248,000 nt of DNA from Hyalangium minutum (GCF_000737315.1 NZ_JMCB01000002.1:268001-516000), one strand, 5' to 3'; positions 29,483 to 43,843 are shown, counted from the first letter of the stretch. Notes: generated by a model not told the origin, from the sequence alone. Numbers and translations are program-made.

Positions 29483-31183
29483 TCAACTCACGGGTTCGCC
29501 AGAGGTGAGCGCGGCGCCTCGGGCCTCGCAGTCCTCCCACATGCGCAGGAAGGCCTCGGCCGAGGAGAAGAGCGGGTCCAGCTGCGCGTCCGTCATGCCC
29601 ACGTGGAGGAGATCCTTGAGGAAGTCCGGCAGCAGGCCGATGTGCGCGAGCCCATCCGTGTTGAAGTCGAAGGTGCGGGTGCCAGCGCGAGACTGTGTGA
29701 AGGGCACCTCCGTGCGGTACATGGTGCCCGAGTAGGGCAGGGGCGGGTGGTTGCGCTGGAGCTGCTGCTGCACGGGCCGCCGCTTGATGCGCTTCTTGTC
29801 GCCCTCGAGCCCGAAGGCGGCATGGGGGCCGTAGCGCGGGCCGGGCTGCTGGTTGAGGCCGTTGAAGTCGGTGCCCACGGCCACGCCGCCGGAGCCCACC
29901 TCGCGCAGCACGGAGAGGGCGTACTGGTAGGACTGGGCCCACGTCTTGGACGAGCGCGCGCAGTCATTGGCCACGGTGCTGCCGGGGAAGTCCTTGAGCT
30001 CGTGCTGGTTGGTGATGGGGGCCAGCAGTCCGCCGAGCGCGAGGATGCGGCGCACCTGCTCGCGCGTCTTCATGTATTCGTTGGCGCGCTTGTGCTTGAG
30101 GCTGGTCTCCTCGGAGTCCAGGGCCTGCTCGCGGAAGGCGCAGTGCGAGGCGACCACGGGGTAGCGGGACTGCTCGGCGAGCGAGAGCGCGTCATTGGTG
30201 CAGCGCTCGGACATGTGCTCCACGTCGAGGATGAAGCCGTGGTTCATGGCCGCGCGCAGGAAGGCCTTGCCGGTGGCGGAGAGTCCGAACTGGTTGACGT
30301 GGCCCTTGCCCGGCGCGTTGAGCGCGTAGCCCTGGGGGTAGTGAGCGCGCTGGGACACCTCATAGAAGATGATGGAGGCCTTGGTCTGCGTGTCCAGGTC
30401 TTGCCCCAGCCGGAAGCTGACGGTGGAGTTGCCCTCCACGCGGTGGAACTCGCCGCGCAGGAAGTGGTTCAGCAGGTTGAACTTGTCGTCGTAGACGGCG
30501 GCGCCGCCGAAGCTGTTGTTGGCCAGGTGCAGCGGGGTGATCATCCGGAAGCCCTGGTCGCGGAGCCACTGGAGGATGCGGGGCAGTTGGGCGGCGTCGA
30601 GGGGCTTCTTGTTGAGCGCTGCGCGGTCGCCGAGGATGCTGTCGAGCGAGTCCACCTCCACGCCCGCGACGACGGCGAGCTTGCCGGCCTGGATGAGCTG
30701 GCGGGCCTGGGAGGCGCTGAGGGCCAGTCCCATCCAGTCGGAGTGGAGTTCGGTGAAGCGGCGCAGCTCGCGCATCTGCTTCTCGATGGAGGTCTCGTCC
30801 TTCTCGGGGTGCTTCGTCTGGTCGGCGAGGAGCTCGTTGTTGACGGCCACGCTGCACAGCAGGCGCAGGCCTCCCTCATGGGCGCGCTTGAGCCAGTCCA
30901 CGAAGATCTGCTGGTGGACCATGGTGGTGAACTTGGGCCAGTCGGCGTACGAGTCATGACCGCAGGGGCCATGGCCGAGGCCGCCTTCGATGAAGGCCGT
31001 GATGAGCGACCCCTTCTTCCCGAACTGGCCGAGCCCTAAGGGCCCATGCAGGTGGATGTCACAGCGGGCGAGTGCCTGTTCAATCTTGCCGTCCGGGAAG
31101 CCGGCGAACAGGTGCCCACCGAAGCCGAGGTGCGCTGTGGTGTGGCAGTGCAGATCGGCGAATCCGAACACGGGAGAGGGCAT
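29483..31183 (-). CDS. Membrane dipeptidase (M19)-like amidohydrolase
   Basis: ADLHCH, DVEHMS, ASH, GTDFNG. Confidence 0.75.
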   Translation of the reverse strand: MPSPVFGFADLHCHTTAHLGFGGHLFAGFPDGKIEQALARCDIHLHGPLGLGQFGKKGSLITAFIEGGLGHGPCGHDSYADWPKFTTMVHQQIFVDWLKRAHEGGLRLLCSVAVNNELLADQTKHPEKDETSIEKQMRELRRFTELHSDWMGLALSASQARQLIQAGKLAVVAGVEVDSLDSILGDRAALNKKPLDAAQLPRILQWLRDQGFRMITPLHLANNSFGGAAVYDDKFNLLNHFLRGEFHRVEGNSTVSFRLGQDLDTQTKASIIFYEVSQRAHYPQGYALNAPGKGHVNQFGLSATGKAFLRAAMNHGFILDVEHMSERCTNDALSLAEQSRYPVVASHCAFREQALDSEETSLKHKRANEYMKTREQVRRILALGGLLAPITNQHELKDFPGSTVANDCARSSKTWAQSYQYALSVLREVGSGGVAVGTDFNGLNQQPGPRYGPHAAFGLEGDKKRIKRRPVQQQLQRNHPPLPYSGTMYRTEVPFTQSRAGTRTFDFNTDGLAHIGLLPDFLKDLLHVGMTDAQLDPLFSSAEAFLRMWEDCEARGAALTSGEPVS

Positions 31184-31263
31184 GGGAAGCTCCTGGGCCG
31201 GCTGCGAGAGGCTCCAGCATGCCCGGACGGTCCCACCCACGCCAGCCGTACGTAAGGGCGTAG

Positions 31264-31827
31264 TCAGACCTCAACGAAGCGAGTGCCGGTGATGCCCGCA
31301 GCTTCGATGGCCTGCTTGAGATCTTCGGAGAGGATGAGGGCGATGTCCCATCCCCAAGTGCGGAAGATGCGGGCGTGGTCCACCTTGGACGCGTCGATGC
31401 GCAGGCCGTGGATGTAGCGGTACGTGCCGAGTTTTTCCGGCTGACCGTCCTCGGGCTTCCAGTATTGGACCTCTTCACTCCGAGCGTCATCGACGCATCG
31501 GATGATGCGCAGGGTGTTCAGGATGAAGTAGGGCTCTGGATGGTTATCCACCTCCGCACGGATGAACTGCACGTCCCGAACGCTCAGCCGTTGGAAGATC
31601 TGCACGAAGCGTTCATGAACCACAGGAACACTGAAGGCAGCCCAGCAAAACTCCAAGGGGTCTCCCGGTACGTCGAGAGGGAATCGGGGCACACAGCCCA
31701 GTTCCAGGGCGCGGCCATCAAAAAATTGCCACGGGTCGAGTTCTTGTCCCTGCGGATCCAGAGGAGTGCCAAGGTGCCAGCGCGTGTGTGAGCGCCTGTC
31801 GTCCAGAAGTTCGTAGTACCTGGGCAT
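31264..31827 (-). CDS. Imm11-family immunity protein
   Basis: YFILN..R.I.C.D, GLRID, IFR..GW; downstream of AHH toxin. Confidence 0.75.
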   Translation of the reverse strand: MPRYYELLDDRRSHTRWHLGTPLDPQGQELDPWQFFDGRALELGCVPRFPLDVPGDPLEFCWAAFSVPVVHERFVQIFQRLSVRDVQFIRAEVDNHPEPYFILNTLRIIRCVDDARSEEVQYWKPEDGQPEKLGTYRYIHGLRIDASKVDHARIFRTWGWDIALILSEDLKQAIEAAGITGTRFVEV

Positions 31828-31842
31828 GTTTGCGCTCTTTCG

Positions 31843-33144
31843 TCACTCGAAAGGTTTCGTCGCAAGCTGATGAAGCCGTGAGCCTGGGGTACACACATCC
31901 CGAGCGAGACCCTCGAGAGCTGTCACCAGCTTGCTTCTACACTCCGAAACGGAGCTGCAACGTGCGATCGCGTTGAGCAGCGTGCGGTAAACGGCTTCGT
32001 GATACGCGGCGGGATGGGGACCCTGATGGCCTGCGAGGTAAACGAGGTTTGCCGGGTCGTTGAGGTCCATGCCTGCTCTGGCAAAGATCCGCTGAAACAG
32101 TGGCGTCCATGGGCCGCCCCTCGTGGCTGAAGCTTCGTTCTTGTCCGTGGCCAGGTGGTGCCACTGGTGGCCGTCCTTCTTCTGAGAGCCATCGCTGCAG
32201 GCTCTGCCCACGCCGGATGCAGCCGTCCCCAAGGCCGCTCCAGCGATGGCCAGGGTGCCGTCTGCCACCACATGGGCCGTGGATGCAGATTGGACGACGC
32301 CTCCTCCCGCCATGGCAAAGCGAGGAGGATTTAGCAGTGGGCCCAGACCGCCAGGGGGCACATTGGGCAAAGCCTTGGCCACCCCGTAACTGGCGACCAT
32401 CACCAGCACGCGAAGCGCAGTACCTCCGAGGGCACGGCCGAAGCGCTCGGCGATGGCTTCAAGCTCCTTCAGGGTCTTGGCTGCCTGGGCCTCCCGGTAC
32501 AGTTGCAAGCACGCCAATGCGACGTTGCGAAGCTCGAGCAACCCCACCGCAAGCGCCAGCCGAGCCGTCAACGTCGCGGCGAAAGCCTTGGAGAAGAGGG
32601 GCTCGGGCAACATCCAGGCGGAGAAGTAAACGATGATGGAGAGAGTGACGCTCGCGAGGAAGAGGGGAGAGCGGAACATCTCGCGAGCGGCGTCACGGAA
32701 GCCCGGAGCCATGTAGCGAGGAGACAGCCGGAGGGCCATGAAGAGAGGGCTGCGCTCGATAGAGTCCGGTATGGGCAACAGCCCTGGGCCGTAACGGGCG
32801 AGGAATTCCGCACGCAAGCGCAATTCCCAAGGAGCGGTCCTACCTCCCGGTGATGCCAGGACGGGGATGACCTCGAACGGCGGTGCTTCCGGGAAGGACG
32901 CATTGAAGGCAGTGAGAAGAGCGCGTGCATCCTCCCCCTGAAGAATTGCGTGCGCTGGATCGAGCAGCACAGGCTCGAAGTCCAACTGGAACTGATCATC
33001 CGCTAAGCGAATGAGCTGGAGAACAGTGGGCCGTGCCTGACGATCCTCGCCCGGTGACCTGTCAGCCTGGGCTGTTGCACAAGAAGTGGTGGCTGCGAGG
33101 CACAAGACCCACAATGGGCGCAGCAGGCAGGAGAGCTGCTTCAT
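31843..33144 (-). CDS. Lipoprotein polymorphic toxin with C-terminal AHH (HNH-fold) nuclease
   Basis: Lipobox TTSC; WHHLAT...DPANLV...HQGPHP..YH motif. Confidence 0.8.
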   Translation of the reverse strand: MKQLSCLLRPLWVLCLAATTSCATAQADRSPGEDRQARPTVLQLIRLADDQFQLDFEPVLLDPAHAILQGEDARALLTAFNASFPEAPPFEVIPVLASPGGRTAPWELRLRAEFLARYGPGLLPIPDSIERSPLFMALRLSPRYMAPGFRDAAREMFRSPLFLASVTLSIIVYFSAWMLPEPLFSKAFAATLTARLALAVGLLELRNVALACLQLYREAQAAKTLKELEAIAERFGRALGGTALRVLVMVASYGVAKALPNVPPGGLGPLLNPPRFAMAGGGVVQSASTAHVVADGTLAIAGAALGTAASGVGRACSDGSQKKDGHQWHHLATDKNEASATRGGPWTPLFQRIFARAGMDLNDPANLVYLAGHQGPHPAAYHEAVYRTLLNAIARCSSVSECRSKLVTALEGLARDVCTPGSRLHQLATKPFE

Positions 33145-33196
33145 ATCCAGGCATCATGCCCGACTTCTCAGTTATGCCAGATGGGCAGGCCTCTTC

Positions 33197-34810
33197 TCAC
33201 CCCGAGCGCACCAGCACTTGTCCCGACGCGCTGGGTGAGGAGTGCGGACCCGACAGCGAGCCAGAGTGGTGCTGCTGCACGTGGGCCATGGCCACCTGGG
33301 TTGCCCGCGCCAGCGTCAGCTGCCCCTGCGGGTAGGGTGCCGCCTCGCCCGTCAGTGCCAGCAGCTGGTGCCGCACCTCCTCCCCCGTGGGTGTGCGCTT
33401 GTTCATGTCCCGATCCAGCAGCCCCATCACCACCGCGTCCAGCTCCGGCGGCACGTCGGGGCGCACGTGCGAGGGGGGCAGCAGCTCCTGGGACACCGCC
33501 GCCATCATCAGCCCGGCCTCGTCCTGCCCCAGCAGCAGCCGCTGGCCCGTGAGCGCCTCGTGCAGCGTGAGGCCCAGCGCGAACAGGTCCGTCCGTCCGT
33601 CGATCGGCTTGCCGTACGCCTGCTCCGGCGACATGTACCCCAGCTTGCCGCGAATGTTCCCCGCCACCGTCAGCTGCGCCCGCGCCGTATCCCGAGCGAT
33701 GCCGAAGTCCGACAGCTTCACCTCGCCGCCCCGAGAGATCAGCACGTTCGGCGGGTTCACATCCCGGTGGATCAAGTGCAGCGGCTCGCCGTACTTCCCC
33801 GTGCGCCGGTGCAGGTAGTCCAGCGCCGCCGCCAGCTCCGCTCCCAGGAATGTCACCGCGCTCACCGGCAGCCCCTGCCAGTTCAACCCTCGCAGCACCG
33901 TGCTCAGCGGCAGCCCATCCACGAACTCCATCGCCAGGAAGTACGTGTTCCCGTGCCGCCCCAAGTCGAACACCTGCACGATGTTCGGGTGGTGCAGCGT
34001 CGAGCACAGCTCCGCCTCCCGCCGGAACAACGACACGAACTCCGCGTCATCCGCGTACGACGGCAGAATGCGCTTCAGCGCCACCTGCTTCTCGAAGCCA
34101 CCCTCCGGGCTGTACGTCGCCCGGTACACCTCCGCCATACCGCCCGAGCCAATCCGCTCGTGCAGCATGTACTTGCCCATCACCTCTTGCTCCCGCAGCG
34201 CCGCGAGCGCCTGCTCCGTCTTCCGCATGAAGTGCCGCGCCAGGATCGCCGTCGCCACTCCTGAGCTCAGCAGGAACACCGAGCGCATCATGATGAACGG
34301 CGGCTTCAGCGTGAGCAGCGGCTCCTCCGGCAGCAGCGGCATCACGAAGAAGAAATACAGCACCAGGTACTCGACGGCCGCCAGCGCCCCCGCCACCAAC
34401 GCCAGCAACGGCTGGGTTCTCAGCGCTGCCAGCACCACCAGCGTGCCCCAGATGACCAGTGTGGGCGCCGTGAGCGCGTACGCCGCGCCCTGGAACCGCA
34501 AGTCGAACGCCAGCACCACCGACGGGATGCTCACCTCGATGGCCACGTTCAGCCAGTGGATCGCCGGGTGGAACCAGCCGGCCCGAAGCGCCCGCCAGAT
34601 GATGGTGTAGTAGACGCACAGCACGCCCACCAGCGACAGCAGCGCCTTCGTCAGCCCCCAGCCCATGTACGGGCCCAGCGCTCCCACCGCCACCAGGCAC
34701 CCCGCCGCCAACCCCGCCATGTAGCCCGCGACGGACGTCTCTCGCGCCTGGGCATCCCGGCGCATGTGGTTCTCGAGGAAGCGGGAGACTGCGGACGCGG
34801 GCGTGGTCAT
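33197..34810 (-). CDS. Membrane Ser/Thr protein kinase
   Basis: N-terminal TM helices; HRDVNPPN, DFG, YMSPE. Confidence 0.9.
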   Translation of the reverse strand: MTTPASAVSRFLENHMRRDAQARETSVAGYMAGLAAGCLVAVGALGPYMGWGLTKALLSLVGVLCVYYTIIWRALRAGWFHPAIHWLNVAIEVSIPSVVLAFDLRFQGAAYALTAPTLVIWGTLVVLAALRTQPLLALVAGALAAVEYLVLYFFFVMPLLPEEPLLTLKPPFIMMRSVFLLSSGVATAILARHFMRKTEQALAALREQEVMGKYMLHERIGSGGMAEVYRATYSPEGGFEKQVALKRILPSYADDAEFVSLFRREAELCSTLHHPNIVQVFDLGRHGNTYFLAMEFVDGLPLSTVLRGLNWQGLPVSAVTFLGAELAAALDYLHRRTGKYGEPLHLIHRDVNPPNVLISRGGEVKLSDFGIARDTARAQLTVAGNIRGKLGYMSPEQAYGKPIDGRTDLFALGLTLHEALTGQRLLLGQDEAGLMMAAVSQELLPPSHVRPDVPPELDAVVMGLLDRDMNKRTPTGEEVRHQLLALTGEAAPYPQGQLTLARATQVAMAHVQQHHSGSLSGPHSSPSASGQVLVRSG

Positions 34811-34859
34811 GATCGGACCAAACCATAGTGCGAACAGGGGTTTGGCGGGAGGGGGGCGC

Positions 34860-35498
34860 CTACTCCTTGGGCGGGTTGAAGCCATTGACCAGGAGCGTGT
34901 CCAGGGCGGCCACGACGGGATCGTACGTCACCGTGGCGCGGAACAGGTTCTGGTAGGTGAGCAGGCCGATGTAGCTGCCCATCATGGCGTGAGCGGTCTG
35001 GATTGGCTCCAGGTCCGTGCGGAACTCCTGCTTCTTCTGCCCGTAGCGGATGATGCCGGCCAGCACGTGGACGTAGATGTTCAGCTTCTCGCGCAGGGCC
35101 TCGGCCACGCGCTCGTTGGACTCGGCGGACTCGGCGGCCACCATGCCAAAGAAGATGCCGTGCTCGCGGTGGTAGCGCAGGAACTGCGAGGTGCGGTTCA
35201 TGAAGCGGATGATCTGCTCGCGCGCGGGCAGGGAGCGCTGCTCGGCGAGCAGGTCCACGAACTCCTTGAGGTAGCGCTCATGCAGCTCGTCGATGGCCGC
35301 CAGGAGCAGATCTTCCTTGGTGGGGAAGTGCCAGTAGAGGGCGCCGGGTGTCATGCGGATGGCCTTGGCCAGCTCCGCCATCGTTGTTGCCAGGAAGCCC
35401 CGCCGCGCGAAGAGGGTGATGGCTGCTTCGAGAATCTCCACCCGGGTGCGTGCTGCGCGCTCTTGCTTGATCTCCCGCTTCGCAGGTTCCTTGCCCAT
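34860..35498 (-). CDS. TetR-family regulator
   Basis: ILEAA..LF...G; ALYWHFPTKEDL. Confidence 0.9.
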   Translation of the reverse strand: MGKEPAKREIKQERAARTRVEILEAAITLFARRGFLATTMAELAKAIRMTPGALYWHFPTKEDLLLAAIDELHERYLKEFVDLLAEQRSLPAREQIIRFMNRTSQFLRYHREHGIFFGMVAAESAESNERVAEALREKLNIYVHVLAGIIRYGQKKQEFRTDLEPIQTAHAMMGSYIGLLTYQNLFRATVTYDPVVAALDTLLVNGFNPPKE

Positions 35499-35519
35499 GG
35501 TCAGGGCATCCTACATACG

Positions 35520-36761
35520 TCACGAGAGCAGCGTCACGTGGACAATCTCGGGAGGCGCCGCCACGCGCACGGGGGGACCCCAGAAACCGGTTCCCCGGCT
35601 GACATAGAGGTGGCGCCCATTCTCCTGGAAATGGCCCGCGTCGAACTCCCAGATGGCGGAAATGGCCAGGTTGAAGGGGAAGAACTGCCCCCCATGCGTG
35701 TGTCCGGAGAGCTGAAGGCCGATGCCCGCCTTCGCGGCCTCGCGCCAGTTGGCGGGCTGGTGCGCCAGGAGCACCGAGGGACGCTCTGGGTCTCTCCCCG
35801 CCACGGCCTGAGCCAAATCGTAGCGCTTGTCATAGCCCGAGCGGGCCGCGCCCCAGTCATCCACGCCGACCAGATCAAAGGAGGCACTCGGCTCGCCGAT
35901 GCGCACGTAACGGTTGCGCAACACGCCGATGCCCATGCGCTCCAGCGCGTCGGTCCACTCTTCGTCGCCGGAGTAGTACTCGTGGTTGCCGGTGACGAAG
36001 AAGGTGCCGTGGCGGCTGCGCAGGTTGGCGAGGGCCGCCACCGAGTGGCCCAGCTCGGACACGCTGCCGTCCACCAAGTCTCCAGTGATGACCATCAGGT
36101 CCGGCTTGAGCGCGTTGCACTGCGCGACGACAGCGTCCATGAAGCGGCGCTGGATGACGGGGCCCACGTGGACGTCGCTGAGCTGCACCAACGTGAAGCC
36201 ATCGAGCGCCTTGGGCAGCCCCGGCAGCCGGACCGCGATGCGGTTGACGGCCGGCTGGTGGAAGGCACGCCAGGTGCCGTATCCCACGACGCCGGAGGTA
36301 GCGAGCAGGGCGCCTCCCGCAGTGGCCCGGGCGAGGAACTGGCGCCGCTCCGGAGACACGAGGGTGTGCGCGGGGGCCTCGGCGGGAGCAGGGGAGGGAG
36401 TCGTGGCGGTGGCGGCAGGGGCGGCTGTCGACGAGCGCCAGCGCTGGATCCACGCGTGCACCACCCGCACGCCGCCGAGCACCCAGAAGGCCAGCATCAG
36501 GTAGACGGCGGTGCCCATCCAGGCCCAGCCCACGGTGGCCAGGGCGCTCGCGAGGTCCTCGGGGAGCACGAACGTGAGCATCCGCGAGCCCAGCATGAGC
36601 AAGCACATCGCCGCCATGGCCACCACGCCCGCCTTGCGCCAGCCCGGGTGCCCGGACGTGTCTCGGAAGATGCGCCGGTACAGGTAGACGTGGGCCCCCA
36701 CCGAGAGGGTGCCCATGATGCTGAAGAAGAGGAGGTAACGCAGGATGGCGGCGGCGGGCAT
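35520..36761 (-). CDS. Membrane metallophosphoesterase
   Basis: SDVH, GDLVD, GNHE, GHTHGGQ. Confidence 0.9.
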   Translation of the reverse strand: MPAAAILRYLLFFSIMGTLSVGAHVYLYRRIFRDTSGHPGWRKAGVVAMAAMCLLMLGSRMLTFVLPEDLASALATVGWAWMGTAVYLMLAFWVLGGVRVVHAWIQRWRSSTAAPAATATTPSPAPAEAPAHTLVSPERRQFLARATAGGALLATSGVVGYGTWRAFHQPAVNRIAVRLPGLPKALDGFTLVQLSDVHVGPVIQRRFMDAVVAQCNALKPDLMVITGDLVDGSVSELGHSVAALANLRSRHGTFFVTGNHEYYSGDEEWTDALERMGIGVLRNRYVRIGEPSASFDLVGVDDWGAARSGYDKRYDLAQAVAGRDPERPSVLLAHQPANWREAAKAGIGLQLSGHTHGGQFFPFNLAISAIWEFDAGHFQENGRHLYVSRGTGFWGPPVRVAAPPEIVHVTLLS

Positions 36762-36839
36762 GGGCCCAATACTTACCGCGACTTCGCACACCGCAACCGG
36801 AACTGCATGTGAAGAAGCGTAAAGCGGCGGCGAACCCGC

Positions 36840-40439
<3,600 letters not shown>

Positions 40440-40622
40440 GCGCCGGCCAGACGATGGACGGGGGAGCGGCGCTTGGGAAGAGGGATGGCAAGCGGGGGGC
40501 ATGCGGTGACCTTGCGGGGGGCACCGTAGCGGGGGACGCACTTCGGAGAAAGGTGGGGGCCTCGTCTGGGCTCCAAGAACTTGGAGTCCCCAGTGAAGTC
40601 CGGATGACTCGCTGCTCAGTGG

Positions 40623-40916
40623 TCAACGCGGGGGGACGCCATCTCCCAGGCCTTCGCCGGACAGCCCCTCCAGGGGAGGTGCCGAACGTGGGGCAAGCGG
40701 CTCCAAGGGAGCAGCACCCACCGGCGCCGCCACCAACACCCCCCGCATCCCCGCTCTCGGCGCCTCCACTGCCTCCTTGTGCGCCCCGGCTGCACTGTCA
40801 CGGTGCGGAACATAGACACAGCGCTGAGGCTGCTCCGGGGCGTCTCGGACGCTCGGAGCCGTGCCGCTACACCCCACCAGCACCATGCACAGCAGCACCA
40901 CCCACCCACGCGACAC
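40623..40916 (-). pseudogene. Possible decayed SitA-like lipoprotein N-terminus
   Basis: Lipobox LVGC then VYVPHR..KEAVEA; frame ends after about 97 aa. Confidence 0.25.
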
Positions 40917-41124
40917 GCAGCACCTCCGGGTTGGCTCCTGCCGGAAAGAGCTTGAGGTTACAGCCAGCCCGTCGACGCAAGCGGCCAGCCCAAGGAATGA
41001 GCCGCTGGCTCCGCCCCTCGTACCAGAACCCACCGCTTCGGGCACTCCGAACAGTCGCCCGGCGTATTCCAGGGGACGCTCCACCGCCGCCTGATCAGCT
41101 CGCGCACCCAGGCCCGTCCCCACG

Positions 41125-41553
41125 TCAGACGAGCGGTGCACTGATCCGCTTGCGGTGTTCGTCGACGGTCACCATGTGCGTCTCAGCCCACTCTCGCAGG
41201 GCATCCAGGGGCGCGATGAGCGTGCGGCCCAGCTCGGTGAGCGAGTAGTGCACCGCTGGGGGGATGGTCGGCTCGACACGTCGTGCAACGAGACCGTCGT
41301 ACTCGAGCTCGCGCAGCGTCTGGGCCAGCATCTTGCGAGAGATGCCAGGTGCGCGGCGCTGCAGCTCGGCGAAGCGCACCTCGCCTCCCGCGTTCGCGAG
41401 CGCGCGGACGAGCATCGACGTCCATTTGTCGCCGATGCGGTCTAGCAGGCGCCGTGTCGGGCATGAGGGGCTGAACAGGTTGCCGCGACGGGCGGGGGCG
41501 TTACCTGGAGGTGCCGTCTTGTGGCGGGGGAGGCGGTTTCTTACGGTGACCAT
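41125..41553 (-). CDS. HxlR-family winged-helix regulator
   Basis: IGDKW, RF.EL.R..PGISRKMLAQTLRELE. Confidence 0.9.
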   Translation of the reverse strand: MVTVRNRLPRHKTAPPGNAPARRGNLFSPSCPTRRLLDRIGDKWTSMLVRALANAGGEVRFAELQRRAPGISRKMLAQTLRELEYDGLVARRVEPTIPPAVHYSLTELGRTLIAPLDALREWAETHMVTVDEHRKRISAPLV

Positions 41554-41570
41554 GCACCCGATGGTAACCC

Positions 41571-42446
41571 ATGGGAGAGTTCATGAGCGTCTCCGAGCCC
41601 CTGCTCGACATCCGCCGCGTCTCCGCCAACGGCATCTCCGTCAATGTCGCCACTGCCGGCGACGGCCCGGCCGTGGTGCTGCTGCATGGGTGGCCCCATA
41701 CGTGGGAGGTGTGGCGTCCGGTACTGCCAACCCTGGCCTCCACACACCGTGTGATTGCTCCGGACCTGCGCGGCCTGGGTGCCAGTGACAAGCCCGACGA
41801 TGGCTATCATCTGCACACCCTGGCTGACGATGCCGTCGCGCTGCTGGATGTACTCGGAATCGAACGCGCGGCAGTCGTCGGCATTGACCTGGGCGCACCG
41901 GTTGCGTTCATGACCGCAGCCCGCCACCGTGACCGCGTGGAGCGCCTGGTGGTGATGGAGTCGCTGCTGGGCCGCCTGCCCGGCGCCGAGCGCTTCCTCG
42001 CCAATGGACCGCCGTGGTGGTTTGGCTTCCACGCCGTCCCCGGCCTGCCCGAGACCGTCCTGGCTGGGAACGTGGGCGCATACATCGACTGGTTCCTGCG
42101 GGTCGGGACCTACGGCCTCTCCGGTGTGCCGAAGCCGCTGCGCGACGCGTTCGTTGCCGCCTACGAGGACCCACGCACGTTGCACTGCGGCTTCCAGCAC
42201 TACCGTGCGATGCCCATCAACGCGGCGCTCATCGCCGAGGCGGTGGCCGAGGGCCCGCTCCGGATGCCCGTCCTCGCGCTGGGCGGCAACGTCGTCGGGG
42301 ACGCTCTGCACCGCCAGCTCGTCCCGGTCGCACCCGACCTGCGCGGCGCCATCCTGGAGCGCTGCGGCCACATCATCCCCGCCGACGCGCCTGACGCGCT
42401 GCTGGCCGAACTCGGGCCATTCCTGGCGGAGAGCCCTGCCGTCTGA
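41571..42446 (+). CDS. Alpha/beta hydrolase (epoxide hydrolase-like)
   Basis: LHGWP, APDLRG.G.S, GIDLG. Confidence 0.88.
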   Translation: MGEFMSVSEPLLDIRRVSANGISVNVATAGDGPAVVLLHGWPHTWEVWRPVLPTLASTHRVIAPDLRGLGASDKPDDGYHLHTLADDAVALLDVLGIERAAVVGIDLGAPVAFMTAARHRDRVERLVVMESLLGRLPGAERFLANGPPWWFGFHAVPGLPETVLAGNVGAYIDWFLRVGTYGLSGVPKPLRDAFVAAYEDPRTLHCGFQHYRAMPINAALIAEAVAEGPLRMPVLALGGNVVGDALHRQLVPVAPDLRGAILERCGHIIPADAPDALLAELGPFLAESPAV

Positions 42447-42670
42447 GCGCTTCGGGGCGTGCAGCCGTACGAAGCTCCCCTCGGCCAGATACGGCGCCGC
42501 GATCCTCTCGCGCGCCAGCGCCGCGCTGATTCCAAAGGAGGTCGCGTTCAAGGCAGACGGGGTGTCGGCAGTGGAGGCTGTCCTTTCCTCACCGGGTGCG
42601 GTGGGTGCTGTTGAAGGATGCCGGGCTCCTCTCCGGCGTTCTCACGGTGGTCCTACGCGCGCGGTACATG

Positions 42671-43843
42671 TCACGTGGGGTGCACGCAGGCACGCCTCAA
42701 GGCGCCGATGAGCGGGCGGAAGCGGCGCAGGAAGTCTCCCGGGCCCGCGTTCCCGTTCGTGACGATGCCCACCGCCAGTCCCGTCGAGTGGTCGCCGAAG
42801 CCCAGCGTGCAGAAGGCGCCGGCGTGGCCGAAGCAAGGGCTCGTGCCCCACGCCCCGTAGAAGGTGGGCCAGGGCGCGCCCACCAGGAACCCACGGCCCG
42901 CGGTGATCGGGAGCCGGTTGCTGCGATCCAGGCCGAAGACGGCTCGAGAGGTATAGGCGCGCACGGTGCTCTCGGCCCACAGCCGCTCTCCGCTCCGGGT
43001 GACGCCTCCCCGGACGAGCACCTCATAGAGCCCGGCGAGGTGGGCCGCATTCGTCCAGAGGCTCGCGCCGGGGACGAGCGCCGTCAGGACCTGCGGGGAG
43101 TTATAGGCCTGCTCGAGCTGGACGCTGACGTCCACCTGCCCCACGTGCATGGGGCGGGAGCCCACCCAGTAGCTGTGGGCCACCTGTGACGCCTCCGCGG
43201 CGCTCCCCTGGAAGCTCAGGCCCTTCAGGCCCGCGGGGGCGAGCAGCTCTCGCTCGCAGAAGGCCGGCAGGGGCTGCCCCGTCACGCGCCGGACGACCTC
43301 GGCGAGGATCCACCCGAACTCGTGGGGGTGATAGGCCAGCGTCCCCCGGCGGTAGCGCGGCACGGCCCGCACCAGGGCGTCCACCACCGCCTCCCAGTCT
43401 CCCCACCGCTCCCAGGAGTGGATGAAGTCGGGCAGGAGTACTCCGCCCCGGTGCGTCAGGACATCCAGCAGCGTGATGGCGCCCTTGCCGTGGGCCGCGA
43501 ACTCCGGGAAGTACCGCGCCACCGGTGCCGCGAGCTCCACCTGTCCCGCCTCCTCCAGCCGCGCGATGGCAAGCGCCACCAGCGGCTTGCTCGCCGAGAA
43601 GACATTGAAGCGCGTCTGGAGCGTCACGGAGACTGGGGGCTCCACCTGCCGGAACCCCCGGGCCAGCCCCACCGCGAGCTGGGCGACGCAGTGGCCTCCC
43701 CGGCGCACGACGAGCTGTCCTCCGGGAAAGACGCCCCGGGCCTGTTGCGAGCGGAAGAGCGCCAGCGCCCGCTCCAGCCGCTCTGCCTCCATGCCCACCG
43801 AGGAGGCAGCCACCAGCGGGTCGTGCGGGAAGACGGTGCTCAT
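42671..43843 (-). CDS. Serine hydrolase, beta-lactamase family
   Basis: FSASK (SxxK), LLTH.GG, GHAG. Confidence 0.88.
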   Translation of the reverse strand: MSTVFPHDPLVAASSVGMEAERLERALALFRSQQARGVFPGGQLVVRRGGHCVAQLAVGLARGFRQVEPPVSVTLQTRFNVFSASKPLVALAIARLEEAGQVELAAPVARYFPEFAAHGKGAITLLDVLTHRGGVLLPDFIHSWERWGDWEAVVDALVRAVPRYRRGTLAYHPHEFGWILAEVVRRVTGQPLPAFCERELLAPAGLKGLSFQGSAAEASQVAHSYWVGSRPMHVGQVDVSVQLEQAYNSPQVLTALVPGASLWTNAAHLAGLYEVLVRGGVTRSGERLWAESTVRAYTSRAVFGLDRSNRLPITAGRGFLVGAPWPTFYGAWGTSPCFGHAGAFCTLGFGDHSTGLAVGIVTNGNAGPGDFLRRFRPLIGALRRACVHPT

